56,869 nucleotides of DNA, taken from the NCBI GenBank assembly GCA_041497895.1, contig JBGQHJ010000011.1:1-56869 (forward strand), in the 5' to 3' direction. The DNA comes from Candidatus Methylomirabilia bacterium (GTDB lineage Bacteria; Methylomirabilota; Methylomirabilia; Rokubacteriales; CSP1-6). Of the stretch, positions 56,055-56,869 are shown piece after piece. Position 1 is the first letter of the stretch; each line of letters begins with the position of its first letter. A model generated the notes under the pieces. That model saw nothing but the letters and a program-made list of their open reading frames with translations. It was not told the DNA's origin and ran no database searches. The position numbers and the translations under genes were made by a program.

Positions 56055-56869
56055 ATGCCTTCCGGGCTGGTCACGCTCCCGACGATGTACCGCGTGCGCC
56101 AGCGCTTCGCGCGCACGCGACTCGAGGACATCCCGGGTGGAGTCGCGCGGGCCCTCGGGGCCGGCAACCTGCCGATCAAGCGGGGGGACACGGTGGCGGT
56201 GGGCGCGGGTAGCCGCGGTATCGCCAACATCGACGTGATCGTCCGGGCCACGGTGGACTGGCTGAAGGCCCGGGGCGCGCGGCCCTTCGTGTTCCCGGCC
56301 ATGGGGAGCCACGGCGGGGCCACCGCGGAGGGCCAGCGGTCGGTCCTGGCCCACTACGGCATCACCGAGGCCACCATGGGCTGCGAGGTCCGGGCCTCCA
56401 TGGACGTCGTCCAGGTCGGGGAGGCCCTCGGGCTGCCGGTCTGGCTCGATCGCACCGCCTCCGAGGCGGACTGGATCGGGCTGGTCAACCGGATCAAGCC
56501 CCACACCGACTTCAAGGGGTCGATCGAGTCGGGCCTCTTCAAGATGATGACGATCGGCCTCGGCAAGTACCAGGGCGCGACCCAGTACCACCGGGCCAAC
56601 GTCAACCACGGCTACGAGACCGTGATCACCGCGGTGGGCCGGGAGATGCTGGCCAAGGCCCGGATCGGCTTCGGGCTCGGCATTGTCGAGAACGGCTACG
56701 ACGAGACCGCGTGCCTGGAGGCCTTCAACGCGACCGAGCTGGAGGCGGGCGAGCGGAGGCTCCTGAAGGAGGCGCGCGCCTGGATGGCCCGGCTGCCCTT
56801 CTCCCCGCTGGACGTGCTGGTGGTCGAGGAGATCGGCAAGAACGTCTCCGGCTCCGGCATGGACACCAA
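56055..56869 (+). CDS. LarA-like (lactate racemase domain) protein, 3' partial
   Basis: GSRGIANI, PAMGSHGGAT, NRIKPHTDF, ESGL.KM..IGLGK, GKNVSGSGMDT; open to window end. Confidence 0.8.
   Translation, partial: MPSGLVTLPTMYRVRQRFARTRLEDIPGGVARALGAGNLPIKRGDTVAVGAGSRGIANIDVIVRATVDWLKARGARPFVFPAMGSHGGATAEGQRSVLAHYGITEATMGCEVRASMDVVQVGEALGLPVWLDRTASEADWIGLVNRIKPHTDFKGSIESGLFKMMTIGLGKYQGATQYHRANVNHGYETVITAVGREMLAKARIGFGLGIVENGYDETACLEAFNATELEAGERRLLKEARAWMARLPFSPLDVLVVEEIGKNVSGSGMDT

Overview
High-GC bacterial chromosomal segment; the protein style suggests Ca. Rokubacteria/Methylomirabilota (inference only). Left to right: a ~14 kb surface-glycan cluster with five SAM methyltransferases interleaved among glycosyltransferases; a lysine/folate operon (dapA-dapB-FAH-dapL-folB-folK) ending in an ECF sigma/anti-sigma pair; an inverted lysA; plsC-argH plus an FN3 lipoprotein; mltG; a stand-alone divergent rpoA; comEA-comEC; a variable region (31.0-35.4 kb) with a repeat-flanked small-ORF island, gene remnants and an Hpt/response-regulator pair; lysC; a five-gene ECF/anti-sigma/DUF3106 module; alaC-like/hom; bactofilin-M23; bamD-ltaE-oppDF; a HiPIP; a CBS-fused oxalyl-CoA-synthetase-like gene with a PanE2-like reductase; and a partial LarA-like gene. 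Strongest leads: the orphan rpoA with a remodelled assembly loop, the CBS-fused oxalate module, the 28-bp repeats flanking the small-ORF island, the ECF module, and frequent leaderless promoters plus non-canonical start codons (ATC, CTG, ATT). No tRNA, rRNA, CRISPR array or transposase was recognised. All calls come from reading the sequence by eye; no searches were run.
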